64,000 nt of DNA from the human T2T-CHM13v2.0 reference genome, Homo sapiens. The stretch is taken from assembly GCF_009914755.1 (NCBI RefSeq), contig NC_060939.1; one strand, 5' to 3'. The position numbers were made by a program, and so were the translations under genes. Of this stretch, positions 41,641-59,730 are shown piece by piece (the stretch's first letter is position 1; every line of letters starts with the position of its first letter). The notes under the pieces were generated by a model. That model did not search any database. It was not told the origin of the DNA and worked only from the letters and a program-made list of their open reading frames with translations.

Positions 41641-44004
41641 ATACATTCTGAAAAAAAAATGAGTCAGTATGAATCTAGAAGCCTTAATCAATATTGTGAC
41701 TATGAAATGAAAGCAAAACTGAAATTTTTACTAATGGTTTTCATTTTGGTAATTGCCTGTGAATATTTTCTGAACCTTCTTCTTTTTTTTTTTTACTTAA
41801 CAACGAAAGATAAAACAATACAAAGACATTAAAATGTATTCACTATGAAAAGGGATTTGATTAGGCAGTAGTAGTCTAAAGTTAAAGTTTCTGGTGAAAA
41901 AACTATATTCGTATAGATGTTTAAATTTCCTTATGCTTTCCTATAAGTTGCATTTTTCAGTATGTATGAGCTGATAATCAATAAATGGCAACTATTGCAA
42001 TGCATAAAGCATGGAACTGTATCACATATATTTTTACTCTGTTATCCTTCTTCCAGTGATTCTGGAGCACCCAACATGTGCCTGCCAAATATTCTCGTTG
42101 ATGGGAATCCTTGTCCTTTAATTCAAGCACAGCTATTCACTTAGCCAAAGGTAACTGAATTTTAAACATACAGAAAGAAATAAACAAACTGAAACTACTA
42201 GGAGACAAAACATTTATATAAACTCTGAACTTGTTTTTTTTTTTAAACTAAAAATGCAAAATGAAACTTATTTAATTTTACAACAAAAGTCCAAATTGTG
42301 GAATCTGTGCTTATTAAGGACCAAAGTAGGAAAGACACAGAAAGAAGACATCACCCCATTAGTTAACCCCACTACAGATAGTGCTGTCTTTCATTATATG
42401 GTTAGCATCTTTGTCTGAACAGGGACATTCTAGACATAGCCTCTCAAGAGGTCCCTGAAGATAAATTGCACACAGGCTTGTGGAAGGGATCTTCACAAGC
42501 AGGTGTTAGGAAATTTTGGTGGATAAGAACCAAAACTCTGGGAAAAGGCTGTTCTTGCATTAGTCAGGGACAGTCGGAAATGCCTGAAAACTCGTGAGGA
42601 AAGTGATTCTCTTCACTTCCCTACATGCTAGAAGCTTGGATGATTCACAAAAGATTCTGATAAGCATCCAGTCATCTGGCTTCAGGTCCAAGCCAGACTT
42701 TCCTGAAGTTCCCGAGGTGCATTCATTCATGCTCATTATGTTGTAAACAAGCGTAGATGAAAGGCACTTACCAAACTGTTTTAAGAACATATCTTGGTGC
42801 TTATTGTCAGTCACTAATAAATAAACAGTGGCATTCCTTTCTTTGGATAAATGAGGGCTTTGCATCCACTAGCTCAAGCCAGGAATCTAAAGTGATCCTC
42901 ATTCTTTCTATTATAGAAAGAAAAAAAAATGAGCCAAGAAATATAGGCAAGGCACCCATCCTTGAATATGGGCACATGTCCACCAGATTTGAAATTCTCT
43001 CTCGTTTACAATGCATCTGCAAGAAAAACCATGCACGGGATTGAACTTGGGTTTTAACTTCTCTCTCACCTATGGGGGAGTATAGTCTGGCCTCATTATC
43101 ACCATTAAATCAGCCACAAATCCTGTCCCCAAAGTCCCAAAATTATCTGTTTACATCCGGGGAGAAAATCACAGTGTTTTGTCAGTAGTCATAACAGAAT
43201 GCTAAGCAGAGATTTGGGGCTCCCCTAGGCAAACAGGACAAGGAGAGAGGTATTGGCCTCTTGCCTACAAACACAAACATAAATAGCATCACATGGGAGC
43301 AGCGCTGTCCTCTGGAGCTGATCACTAATTCATCCAAGGTGGCTGCAATTGTCACTCAGAAAGAAAACGGATTTCTTTTCTTCCCGTTCCTTCAGACATG
43401 ATCCACATTTGACATCTGTGATCTCCTGTGTTTTAATTTTTATAAGCTGCTTGGTACTAGCAGAAATGTTAATCCTTTAAAAAGAAAACTTCAGGCTTTT
43501 TATTTCCAGCAACCCAAGTGAATAGTAATAAAACATCTTCAGAGCACAGACACTGAGCCCCAGCACTCCCACCTACCCTTGATTTTGACCTCCAGGGTTC
43601 ACAATGCCATGCAAGACAGGAGGGAAAAGGGGCTGGGGCAGGGGAATGGCGGAGAAGTGGGGAGATCAATGTTCTATATCCTTCCATTGAGGAAAGAAAA
43701 GAGAAAATGATGAGAAAAGAACATTTAAGATAGAATCGCATATATTTATACATCTACGTGAGGCTCTGGAGGTACAGAAATGAATGAAGTATCATCAGTA
43801 CCATACAGGAATTCAGCCTAGTGAAAGGAAGAAAAACATGCAAACCAGTGATCTCAACTTGCTTCTCAAAGTGCTATGAGATGCCAGAGAAATGGCTTAG
43901 CTTTGCCTGAGGATCTCAGGACAGGTTTTCTAGAAGACGGTCAGGTGAAGCAGGAGAGAAGGGTCTGAGAAAGGCTAGCAAGGACAAAGAAAGGCAAGAT
44001 AAAC

Positions 44005-44391
44005 ACAAAAATCACGTGTTCTCACTCATATGTGAGAGCTAAAACAAAAGTGGAAGTGGAGGTAGAGAGTAGAATGTTGATTACCAGAGGCTGGGAAACG
44101 AAGCAGGGAGGGGTTGATGGAGAAAAGTTGGTTCATGGCTACAAAAGTACAATTAAATAGAAAGAATAATTTCTAGCATTTGATAGTATGGTAGGAAAAT
44201 TACAGTTAACCATAATTTATTGTATATTTCAAAAATAGAAGAAAAGAATTATGATGTTCCCAACACAAAAGATAAATACTAAAGATGGAGGATATCCCAA
44301 TTAACCTTAGTTTGATTACTTATTGTATATATGTATCAAAATATCACATGTACCCCCAAAGTATGTACAACTAAGATATATCAATAAAAAA
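44005..44391 (+). mobile_element. L1MA (about MA4/5) 3' end
   Basis: TGTTCTCACTCATATGTG..GGTAGAGAGTAGAATG..TATCACATGTACCCC..TATCAATAAAAAA. Confidence 0.9.
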
Positions 44392-44615
44392 TGTTTTGTT
44401 TTGTTTTTAATTATACGTTAAGTTTTAGGGTACATGTGCACAATGTGCTGTTTATTTACATATGTATACATGTGCCACGTTGGTGTACTGCGCCCAGTAA
44501 CTCCTCATTTAACATTAGGTATATCTCCAAATGCTATCCCTCCCACCCTCCCCCCACCCCACAACAGGCCCCGGTGTGTGTTGTTCCCCTTCCTGTGTCC
44601 AAGTGTTCTCATTGT

Positions 44616-48416
<3,801 letters not shown>

Positions 48417-48479
48417 TATGATGTTAGCTGGTTATTTTGCTCGTTAGTTGATATAGTTTCTTCCTAGCCTCGATAGTCT

Positions 48480-49476
48480 TTACAATTTGGCATGTTTTTG
48501 CAGTGGCTGGTACCGGTTGTTCCTTTCAATGTTTAGTGCTTCCTTCAGGAGCTCTTGTAGGGCAGGCCTGGTGGTGATGAAATCTCTCAGCATTTGCTTG
48601 TCTGTAAAGTATTTTATTTTTCCTTCACTTATGAAGCTTAGTTTGGCTGGATATGAAATTCTGGGTTGAAAATTATTTTCTTTAAGAATCTTGAATATTG
48701 GCCCACACTCTCTTCTGGCTTGCAGAGTTTCTGCCAAGAGATCAGCTGTTAGTCTGACGGGCTTCCCTTTGTGGGTAACCCAACCTTTCTCTCTGGCTGC
48801 CCTTAACAGTTTTTCCTTCATTTCAACTTTGGTGAATCTGACATTATGTGTCTTGGAGTTGTTCTTCTCAAGGAGTATCTTTGTGGCGTTCTCTGTATTT
48901 CCTGAATGTGAATGTTGGGGAAGTCCTCCTGGATAATATCCTGCAGAGTGTTTTCCAAATTGGTTCCATTCTCCCCATCACTTTCAGGTACACCAATCAG
49001 ACATAGATTTGGTCTTTTCACATAGTCCCATGTTTCTTGGAGGCTTTGTTTGTTTCTTTTTATTCTTTTTTCCCTAAACTTCCCTTCTCGCTTCATTTCA
49101 TTCATTTGATCTTCCATCACTGATACACTTTCTTCCAGTTCATTGAATCGGCTACTGAAGCTTGTGCATTCGTCACGTAGTTCTCATGCCTTGGTTTTCA
49201 GATCCATCAGGTCCTTTAAGGACTTCTCTGCATTGGTTGTTTTAGTTAGCCATTCATCTAATTTTTTTCAAAGTTTTTAACTTCTTTGCCATGAGTTCTA
49301 ACTTCCTCCTTTAGCTCGGAGTAGTTTGATCATCTGAAGCCTTCTTCTCTCAACTCGTTAAAGTCATTCTCTGTCCAGCTTTGTTCTGTTGCTGGTGAAG
49401 AGCTGCATTCCTTTGGAGGAGGAGAGGCGCTCTGATTTTTATAGTTTCCAGTTTTTCTTCTCTGTTTTTTCCCCAT
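48480..49476 (-). pseudogene. Disrupted L1 ORF1 (RNA-binding protein)
   Basis: ATG GGG AAA AAA CAG at 49476; TGA at codon 49 (49332-49330); WDYVKRPNL and FQPRISYPAKLSF..HAKL fragments; the LARQAN segment is deleted and there is a frameshift near 48840. Confidence 0.95.
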
Positions 49477-50864
<1,388 letters not shown>

Positions 50865-51149
50865 TAAAGTACTGGGTGAAGGGGAGATATGTTGCTGAAG
50901 TAGACCACCTAATAAAGACCCAACTTTTAGGAAGGTCTCACTGAAAATGAGTGCCTGAAAATCTGCTTTATGGCTATGTGGAGAGGACCCTGGAGGGAGA
51001 TACAACATGACAGGATCGAGTAGAAGGGTAAGTAGATTTACCCACTGAGAAATTAGGCAGCTTTCCAGCTTGCGATATTAAGGGTGCTCCTCTAGCCATC
51101 CATGCAGACACTGGTCCAGCCTCGACGCTGACATTCCTACTTACAGCAT

Positions 51150-51286
51150 TCCCCAATAATATCTGGAAACTGTGTTAAAAATGATGATTCCTGGAACCTA
51201 CTTAATTAGAAAAGGGGACCCAGGAATTTGTATTTTTTAAAATTCTTCCATGATATTCACATACTCATAAAATTCAAAGAACCACT
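51150..51286. mobile_element. MER5-like DNA transposon fragment
   Basis: TGTTAAAAATG..GATTCCTGG..CCCAGGAATTTGTATTTTT..AGAACCACT. Confidence 0.55.
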
Positions 51287-51859
51287 TCCCATGATACTAT
51301 TTAAGTCATTGAATATGCAAATTCACATTTTATTTGGAAGCACTGAATCCATCATTAGGCCTTCATTTGGTTAGTTTTACAGGTGGCCAGCAGGCCAATG
51401 GAGCCTCTTTAACTGTGGTTTGGAACCTAGAGGAGTGAGAGCTCCTGGGTAACTTCAGCTACTCAGTTTTGCAAGGGGAGTCATATGAAAGGGATCTTAT
51501 TTACAGAGCACCCACAGAGTGCTAAGAAGGAGTAGCACTGTAACAAAATCAATGAAGGAAAAAGAGGGCTCAAAGAGGACAATATTCAAAGACATAATCA
51601 TCTTATGACATTTCATAACATATCAAAATGTTCTCATGACTCTTATTCCCTTTACAATTCCTAATACCAGTAACCCAATGGCATGGCCATTACTATCCCT
51701 GTTTTACACCTGATGATTATAAAATTGGATATTTTAAGTGACTTATATATGCCCTGCCCACCCTACAAAGAAAGTATGTGCTAGCATGCCAGAATGCAGA
51801 TGAGAATCTAGATTTTTCTCCAAATCATGTCTATTCTTTGTAACATCAACGGACAATTT

Positions 51860-52930
51860 TCTTTTTTATTCATTCTTTATTTATAATTGACACAAAATAA
51901 TTTTATATCTTTATGGGTACAGTATGATGTTTCCATGCATATATACATTATATAATGACCAAATCAAGGTTATTGCCATGTTAATCACTTTAAACCTTAT
52001 CATTTCTTTGTGGTAGTAACATTCAAAATCTTCTCTATCTTGAAATATACACTACATCATTATTTGCTGTAATTAACCTACTGGTAATAGAACACCAGAA
52101 GTTATTCTTCCTGTCTAACTGTAGCTTTGTACCTGTTGACCAAACTCTTCAGGTCCCCCCTTCTCCCTACCCTCCCTAGTCTCTGGTAACCACTATTCCC
52201 CTCTCTACTTCTAAGAAATCCATGTTTTTAGATTCCATATATGAGTGACATCATCTGGTGTTTGTCTTTCTGTCTGTGCCTGGCTTATTTCATTTAACAT
52301 AATGGCCATCAGGTTCATCCCTGTCGCCACAAAAGACAGGATTTTATTCTGTTTTATGGCTGAATAGTATTCCCAGGTATGTATATGTACATATATACAT
52401 ATATATACACATATATATGCACACATCCATATATATATATATACCACATTTTCTTCATCCATTCATCTGTAGATGAATATTTAGGTTGAATCCATATCTT
52501 GGCAATTGTGAATAATGCTCCAGCAAACATGGGAGTGCAGCTATCTTTTTGATATACTGATTTTTTTTCTTTACCTATATACCTAATGATGGGATTTCTA
52601 GATCTCCATTTTGCAAATGGAGATTTGTTCCTACCAATGCATGAATTTTAGGAAGCTTGGGAGCATAGGATTTCTACATCATATGTTAGTTCTATTTTTA
52701 ATTTTTTGAGGAACTTTCATACTGTTTTCCATAATGGCTGTAGTAATTTACATTCCCACAAATAGTGCATAAGAGTTCCCCTTTGTCCACACCCTTGCCA
52801 GTATTTATTAATATTTTTTGTCTTTTTTTTAAGTCATTCTAACTGGGGTGAGGTGATATCTCATTGTGGTTTTAATTTGCACTTCACTGATGATTAGTGA
52901 TGTTGAGCATTTTTATATATATTTGTTAGA
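51860..52930 (-). mobile_element. L1MA (about MA5-7) 3' part with a (TA/CA)n tract at about 52377-52443 and a 63-bp foreign insertion
   Basis: TAATTGACACAAAATAATT..CTCTGGTAACCACTATT..TTTTTAGATTCCATATATGAGTGA..CATTCTAACTGGGGTGAGGTGATATCTCATTGTGG. Confidence 0.92.
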
Positions 52931-53039
52931 TCAATGGCCCATTTTCAATGGGCACTTTTTACTGCTTTCATTTTCTTTCTTTTAGAAATAGTTCTAACCA
53001 TCTCAATTTGAAGATGTTCGCTCTTTGCATATTTCCATA

Positions 53040-53300
53040 ATAATAATAATGATCGTCATTGTAATAATAACTACCACATATTGAGTGATTGAAATTATTC
53101 TACCCAGTTACAAAATGTTTTAAAATGCACTATCTAATTTAATTCTCGTAACAACCTTATGTAGTCAGTTCCATATTTTGAAGACAAACAGAAGCTCAGA
53201 GAGAACAAGTAACTTGTCCTGGGTTCACAGTTCTTTAAAGAGGCAGCTGCCACTGGAAAATAGGTGTGCCTGACCCCATGGCCTATGCCCATGGCCACAG
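53040..53300 (-). mobile_element. MIR
   Basis: TTTAATTCTCGTAACAACCTTATG..AGAAGCTCAGAGAG..AAGTAACTTGTCC. Confidence 0.75.
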
Positions 53301-55229
53301 TGACATTTTCCCTTTTCTTATGTTAATCTCCCTTCTGGGAAATCATGTCAATAACTAGTTTGCATTCAAGGAAACATATTTTTTTTCTAGTTTAGGCTGT
53401 AAAATATGAAATACATTGTTAATGAGAACAGAGCAGTGTAAGATATAAATCTTGAATAAATTACAAGCTAGTAGCTGCCTGTAACTGTGTTGCAAATGGA
53501 GATTTGTTCCTACCAATGCATGAGTTTTATGAAGCCTAGGAATGAAAAGTGGAGACAACTTTGTCTCTGGACTAGGGGCTGATCTATGGAGAGAACCAAG
53601 TAGTAAACCTCTTCCTGCGTACTGGTGCATATGCCTAGTGTAAAATGCCTCCACCAGCACTCATATCCCTGTTCATACACCATAAACAAGGTCCTTCTTT
53701 TTAAATCAATTAGCCGGCACCGAGAACAGGCAGAAGGGAGTGTGCAGCTATGCCAACTGGCTGGGGAGTAGCTCATCTTTCTGGTTTGCTATGCTGGGTA
53801 GATTGGATGAGGAGATTAAGGCTGGTGAGGATATAAGTCTTACTCCATATCACTTGTTCATTCTGATTCTATCAGGAGAGAGTTGGGTGCAGCTGTGGCT
53901 GGGGGCATAGCATGAGGAGGGGAGAAGCATACTTTGGGCTAGGCCAGGGCTGGAGTTAATTAGACAATCAGTGTAATAGGAGACCACTAGTTGCTTTCTC
54001 TGAAGCTGCACCTGTGATTTATTGAAACTTGGCTTTGAACCCCAAACGTATCTTTCCAGCATGTTGGCTCATTTCTGAGTTTTCTCTACTAGCACCTCCA
54101 TTTAACATTTGAGTAGTATTTTTCATCCTTTTTCATTATGCCTAAAAGGAAACATCACAGTCAGAACTTGAAATGTTACTGTAGTTCCACTGAACCAATA
54201 GCTTTCCCCTCCCTCCCTTTTCTTCCTAGTTTCCTTTTCACTCTTTTCTCTTTTTGTCTTAAAAAAAAATTGGTGGATACATGAGGAAACAGAAGTTCAT
54301 AGACATCAATCTGTTAGCAACAGAATGAGGATTATAATGCAGATCTCAGCTTTGTGTTCCTTGACACTGTGTGGACAGTTGCTCTGTTCACTATTCTTCT
54401 TACTGGTGCTAAATCTATTTTTAACTAGATCCCCATTGCATTTTGAGTGTGCAGCTCATGTTAGTGACAAAAATGATGGAGACAATGAGAGCAGTCCTCT
54501 TTGAAGCAAGCATTGCAATCCACAATCCAGGAAGAGTAGAAATGTGGCCTGGAGGATCAAGTCTTAATTCCACAGTCACAAGCACTCCTGCCGGAACCGT
54601 TGTTGTTATTTTACAACCAACATTAATACTCTTGGGGAATATTCGGTTGCCTGGAAACAGAAGCCCATCATTGAATTCATTAATATTCAGCCAGTATGCT
54701 TTTATGAGCCTTATTATATGAATTTTCTCCTTTGATCCTAATTAACAGGTAAATATCATCAAATGAAACATTTTCAAGAATTTATGGATCTGAGTTTGGA
54801 TTTTCAATTTTCTCTTTCTATTCCCAACTTCCCTGTGATTAGGTTACTTTTCCTGAATTCTTATGCTGATTAAGAAAGCAAATGACATAGAATATGTTCC
54901 TTGAGAAGGAAAAGAAGCTCAGGCAATGTTCCTTAATTTGGTGTGGGGTGGGCATAAAATCTACCAATTTAAGGAAGAATTGTTAGCACTTATTTCAACT
55001 CTACAGAAGCAGACCTAACATTCTGGCCAGAATTGAAGCTATATCTTGTGACTCTGAATTAAATTTATGGATGTCACCAATGTTTTCCTACATGAATGGT
55101 TAAGGTAAGAAAATGCATCAGGTAATAGCATGTAGGTAGAGAAGGTGCTAGCAATTCTTAGACAACTGCTTTCAAGGTTTACCATTGCAGCTCTTTGTTT
55201 ACCTTAGCCAAAAGACATTCTTCAGATGG

Positions 55230-55710
55230 TGCTATTGTTAGAACTGTATCCCCAAAAAAAGTTATGCTGAAGTCCTCACCCCCAGTACCTGTGAATGCAA
55301 TATTTATTTAGAAAGAGTCTTTGCAGAGGTAATCAACTTGGGATGAGGTCATTAGAGTGGGTCCTAATCCAATAAAACTCGTGTCCTTATAAGAAGCAAC
55401 ATGGAGATAGAGACACAGGGGAGAATACCATGTGATGAGGAGGCAGAGATGTAGAGATACATCCAGATGCATATATATCTAGATATGCACCTACAAGACA
55501 AAAGAATGCCAAGGATTGCCACCAACACTAGAAGCTGAGAATGGCATGAAACAGATTCTCCCCTGGAGCCTTCACAGAGAGGATGGCCCTGCCAACATCT
55601 TAATTTCAGACGTTTAACCTCCAGAGCTATGACAGAATAAATTTCTGCTTTTTTAATAAATCTATCCAGTTTGTGAGAATTTATTATGGTCACCGTAGGA
55701 AACTAATACA
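55230..55710 (+). mobile_element. MLT1C MaLR solo LTR, full length
   Basis: TG..CA termini (TGCTATTG..GGAAACTAATACA); TSD GATGG / GTTGG; GAATGCCAAGGATTGCC and AACAGATTCTCCC. Confidence 0.9.
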
Positions 55711-56999
55711 GTTGGAAAATCACCACGTTTTAAAAGATTTCAATATTGGCTTTATCCATGAATACCGAAATTATCAAGTTTCATAGAAGAGTTCTAATAA
55801 CAGAATCTATGACTAAACTTTCTGATCCAACACAGAAAATAGAAGTACTGCCAAATCTTGACAGACTCTTTCTGATAAATTTGATTAACAGAAGCTACAC
55901 AGAATCTATATTCTAAAAGGCATATTCAGGAGGATTTGGTTTTTGTAAATACAGTCCTTAGGAAATAAAGCAATTAGAAAGTTGAAAACAAACAAACAAA
56001 CAAAAACTACCTGGTTAAGATGTATACTTCATTTTCTTTTACATTGTTTTATCTTAAAGATTTTGGTTGGAGACATCATTAATTCACTCATTTATTTAGT
56101 AATCAATTCATAAACCATTTCATAAGAATGCATATGTGATGTTTTCAGATGCTTTATTTTTTCTTATCTGCTGCCTTAACCTATGCTTCCACAAGTCAGA
56201 ATTATCAACATTTGGCAGGTATATGAGAGGCTCTAAAGGGACCATGTCAGTTGCCAGAAAATTTTCTTTAGTTTTAAAACAAAATGGCTCACTCATGTAG
56301 CTACTATATTTCTGTTATTGTTACATTACATTGGGTGTATTAGTATGCTGATTAAAAAAAAACTCTTTCGATGAAATTAGGCCTCACAACTTATAGCTAG
56401 TCCTACTGACTGACCTTGAAATTTGGAGCTTCCAGATTCCTTCATCAACTTTCCTGGAACACCTCCCTTTACTCTCAGTGGCTTTGGGGACATGACATTA
56501 CATGAATTATGTTAGAGGCTTGAATTTTTTATTTTCCCTAAGCAGAAATCTATAATGGGTCCTACAAAGTATTAGGCTAAATTTTTAATGTTAGAGAATT
56601 GTAGAAACTTTAAAAAGATCCCTTAACTTAAAAAAGTAAGTAGAGAAAAGTCATATATCATATGGTTAAATAAAAGATGTTGTCACAATATAAGGCAATA
56701 ATAGAAATGCAAGTAGGAAATTATGTCACGGATAAAATTGCTAGCTTTATCCGGAAGAGATAATCATATATATTCAGTGCTTCTCAAATAATTTTCAACA
56801 AAGATTCACAAATTAAAGAATTAATTTTGCCAGGTTGAGGACACCATCTAAAGCAATGACCACGAGTGCAGAATTTCTTTCAACTCTTATTAATTTCAAT
56901 AGTAATGAAAACACATTCTATTGTATATCAGTTTTATTATAAGAAATAATTGTAGTTTTTTTTTACAATGGAGCAGCAGAATTAATTATTGAGCAAGAA

Positions 57000-57431
57000 T
57001 GGTGAACTGGATATTACCAGTGAGATCCACATCTGGGTCTCCTCCCTTCTGTGGGCAGTGAGAAAGTTATATTCCAATTTCTAGTTCTTTGAAGTAGTGA
57101 GGGCCATGTGACTATTGTCTTAGTAGATTATGAGCAGAAGTGATGAGCATTACTCCTGTGTCATGTAATAAAAATACTCCTCATAATCTTCCACCCATTT
57201 CTTCCTCTTTGGTGGGTGAGTGTGGATGCCACTTATTTGGAAGATGAGGCCAGAAAATGAAAACAGATTGGATCACTACATCACTGAGCAGAAGTCAAGT
57301 GGATAGGTCTGGAGAGTACTCAACATAGAGCAGACTTTGGGGGCATTTAAGGAAGAAACTTTATCATAAGCCACTGAGACCTTGGGTTTATTTGTTATCA
57401 GAGGATAAGCCCAGCCATGCCTGACCAATAA
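57000..57431 (+). mobile_element. Old MLT1 (H/I/G-like) LTR
   Basis: GGCCATGTGACT..TGAGCAGAAGTGA..TAAGCCACTGAGA..TTTGTTA..CCTGACCAATA. Confidence 0.65.
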
Positions 57432-57679
57432 AATAGTCCATATCTATTATTTGGTTGCATGAGTGTCCTGGCCCACAGAAGCATGAATGGCTAGAATTGA
57501 AATAAAAAGAATTCACTTGATTTTCCCCAATGCATTCCCAAAAAGATATAAACATAGGGTTTGAGAAAGAATTATTGGGTTGGCCAGAGCATAGGGAGTC
57601 AAAAATTCCAGGTTAAAAAAATCATACTTCATCGTTTAGGCACTGGGTAGCCATAAAAAGTTGCATTATAAGAGATAGG

Positions 57680-57990
57680 ACTGACCAAAGCTTCACGCAG
57701 CCTTGGAAGATTAATATGGTGTTTGGGTATCCAAGTTAATGACTTGAAACAGGCAAAGTCCAAGTCAAGGAGACTATTTGGGAGGCTGTTGAAATAGTCC
57801 GAGTTGACAAGCTCATGGACCAAAGCAGTAGGTATAGCAGCAGATAATAAAGCTATTTTTGAGAGACATTGTGGAAACAGAATTGACAGTACATGATAAC
57901 TGGGGTAAAGAAGAAGGGGGAAACTGACTACAAAGTTTCAAGTGTAAGTAATAAGTAATGTTGGTCCCATAAGCAGAAAAAAAGAGACCC
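57680..57990 (-). mobile_element. L2 fragment
   Basis: GGAGGCTGTTGAAATAGTCC..GAGAGACATT..AGAATTGACAG..AAAGTTTCAAG. Confidence 0.5.
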
Positions 57991-58805
57991 AATCGAAGGT
58001 GAGAGCTTCACAGAGGTGTTAGACTGAATATAAATCTTCACTAAGCTGAAGCCTGTTCTGCCCTTATCCATGTGGAGACTCAGGCTTTTTCCATCTTATG
58101 TCATCACCATTTAAGTGGGCAGCCTCCACTTTCCCTAAAGGAGAAGAGAGGGTTAGACTGTTGTGCAGGTGTTTTTCACAGCCTGTGATGTCCTTCTGCT
58201 CACAGTCCACTTGGCCAGATTAAATGCATGATTCTGACTAACTGCATAGGGTGGGAGAGTAAAATGTACTTCATCACCAGTCAGCTAAGCTAAGCTAAGC
58301 TAAGGATTAGCCAGTATCTACTTCTATTGCTCTGGGCTCACTCAGACAGAAATAGATCATTGATTCATGTGTTTTAGAGAGGACCATTCTTCATGTCACA
58401 TTGGTACATTAAAAGTGATAGGGGTCATCTAGTAATGTTCAGGGTTGTATATAAAATCTAGAAAATCTAAAACAAACTGAAATTTCTAAGGAAAATAATG
58501 ATTTAAAAAAAATTGGTGGGTAGATGTTTTTTAATTATGTAGAGTTGGTTGCCTGAATGCCCAAATTCACTAGAAGGCTGTCAACATTCCGTCTCATTTA
58601 GTTCTGGGTAAATTTCAGAAAAGTCACTTCACAGGTCTATGCATTTCACTCTGATGAGGGAATCACTTGCCCTTGTAAGCCATTGGTATTCTTTGTTACT
58701 ACAATGCAAATCTAATGATTGCTTGGCATAGGCAAAACCATGACCCTATGCACTGGATGTAGAGATTCAACTAAAAGGTTAAAGTTAGGTTAGATTATCA
58801 TTTAC

Positions 58806-59347
58806 TGTGCTGAGTTTTTGCCTGTTGTCTCTCAGCTACACACCACCTGCTTTCACACTCTGCATTGTACTGCTGGGGTTAGGAGTTGGCAAACAGTACT
58901 TTTCAGGCTCATGGCTTATCTAGCTTTCTTTTGGGAAATCAGAAGGCAGGAGGAAAGCAGACTGTCCCTGCTTCTGGATCTTGCAGCGTGGTGGCTGATG
59001 TAGAGTAGCAGAGATAGAGTGATTTCAGAATCCAGCAGCCTAGGCAGGGGATTCATATTTTCTCCAATTCTTGGCTTTGTCAAGGCAGCACTCCTTCAGT
59101 GGAAGTAGCTACAATTACACAGCTAACTGCACCAATAGGTACAGGCTATCACCTTCTCACAGGTGTACTCAGAATTTGCAGCTTCCTATCTCTGAGAGTA
59201 TTACTTATTTGTGGTTTTGCTCCTCCAGGCATGTTCCCATCTCCTTTTCACTCTTGTAGTCCTTTCTACTCCATTGTAACCAGTTTCCTGAATTAAATTC
59301 CATCTGTTTGAAATACCTAGAATTGTGGATAGGCCTGTGACTGATAG
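58806..59347 (+). mobile_element. LTR33-like ERVL solo LTR
   Basis: TGTGCTGAGTTTTTGCCTG..CCAGTTTCCTGAATTAAATTCCATCTGTTTGAAATACCTAGA..GACTGATA. Confidence 0.7.
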
Positions 59348-59504
59348 GATGGGAAGAGTTCTAGCTTTGAGTCTATAAACAGCAACTTTGTGGGGGCTTA
59401 GGGACTCCTCAGACTGGGCCACCATATGACAAGAGGACCACCATAAGACAAGGGACCAGAATGCAAACAGAAGCCAAAGAACCAACAGGTTTCATCAATA
59501 CAAG

Positions 59505-59730
59505 GACTTTACAGATGCAGAATCTGAGGCTTGGAGAGGTTAAAATGACTTGTTCAAATCAGGAAACTAGTAAGTTTGAAGTCAGTACCCCAACCTCTTC
59601 AATCTGGCTCCCAAGCCAGCAACTTAATCACCACAAGACAATACCACCCTCATTGTATCAAAACTGCCTAATACAGTGCATGGTACATGTTAGGTACCTA
59701 ATCAATGGCAGATATGATTACTTTGCTATT
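59505..59730 (-). mobile_element. MIR fragment(s)
   Basis: TTTACAGATGCAGAATCTGAGGCTTGGAGAGGTTAAAATGACTTG. Confidence 0.7.
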
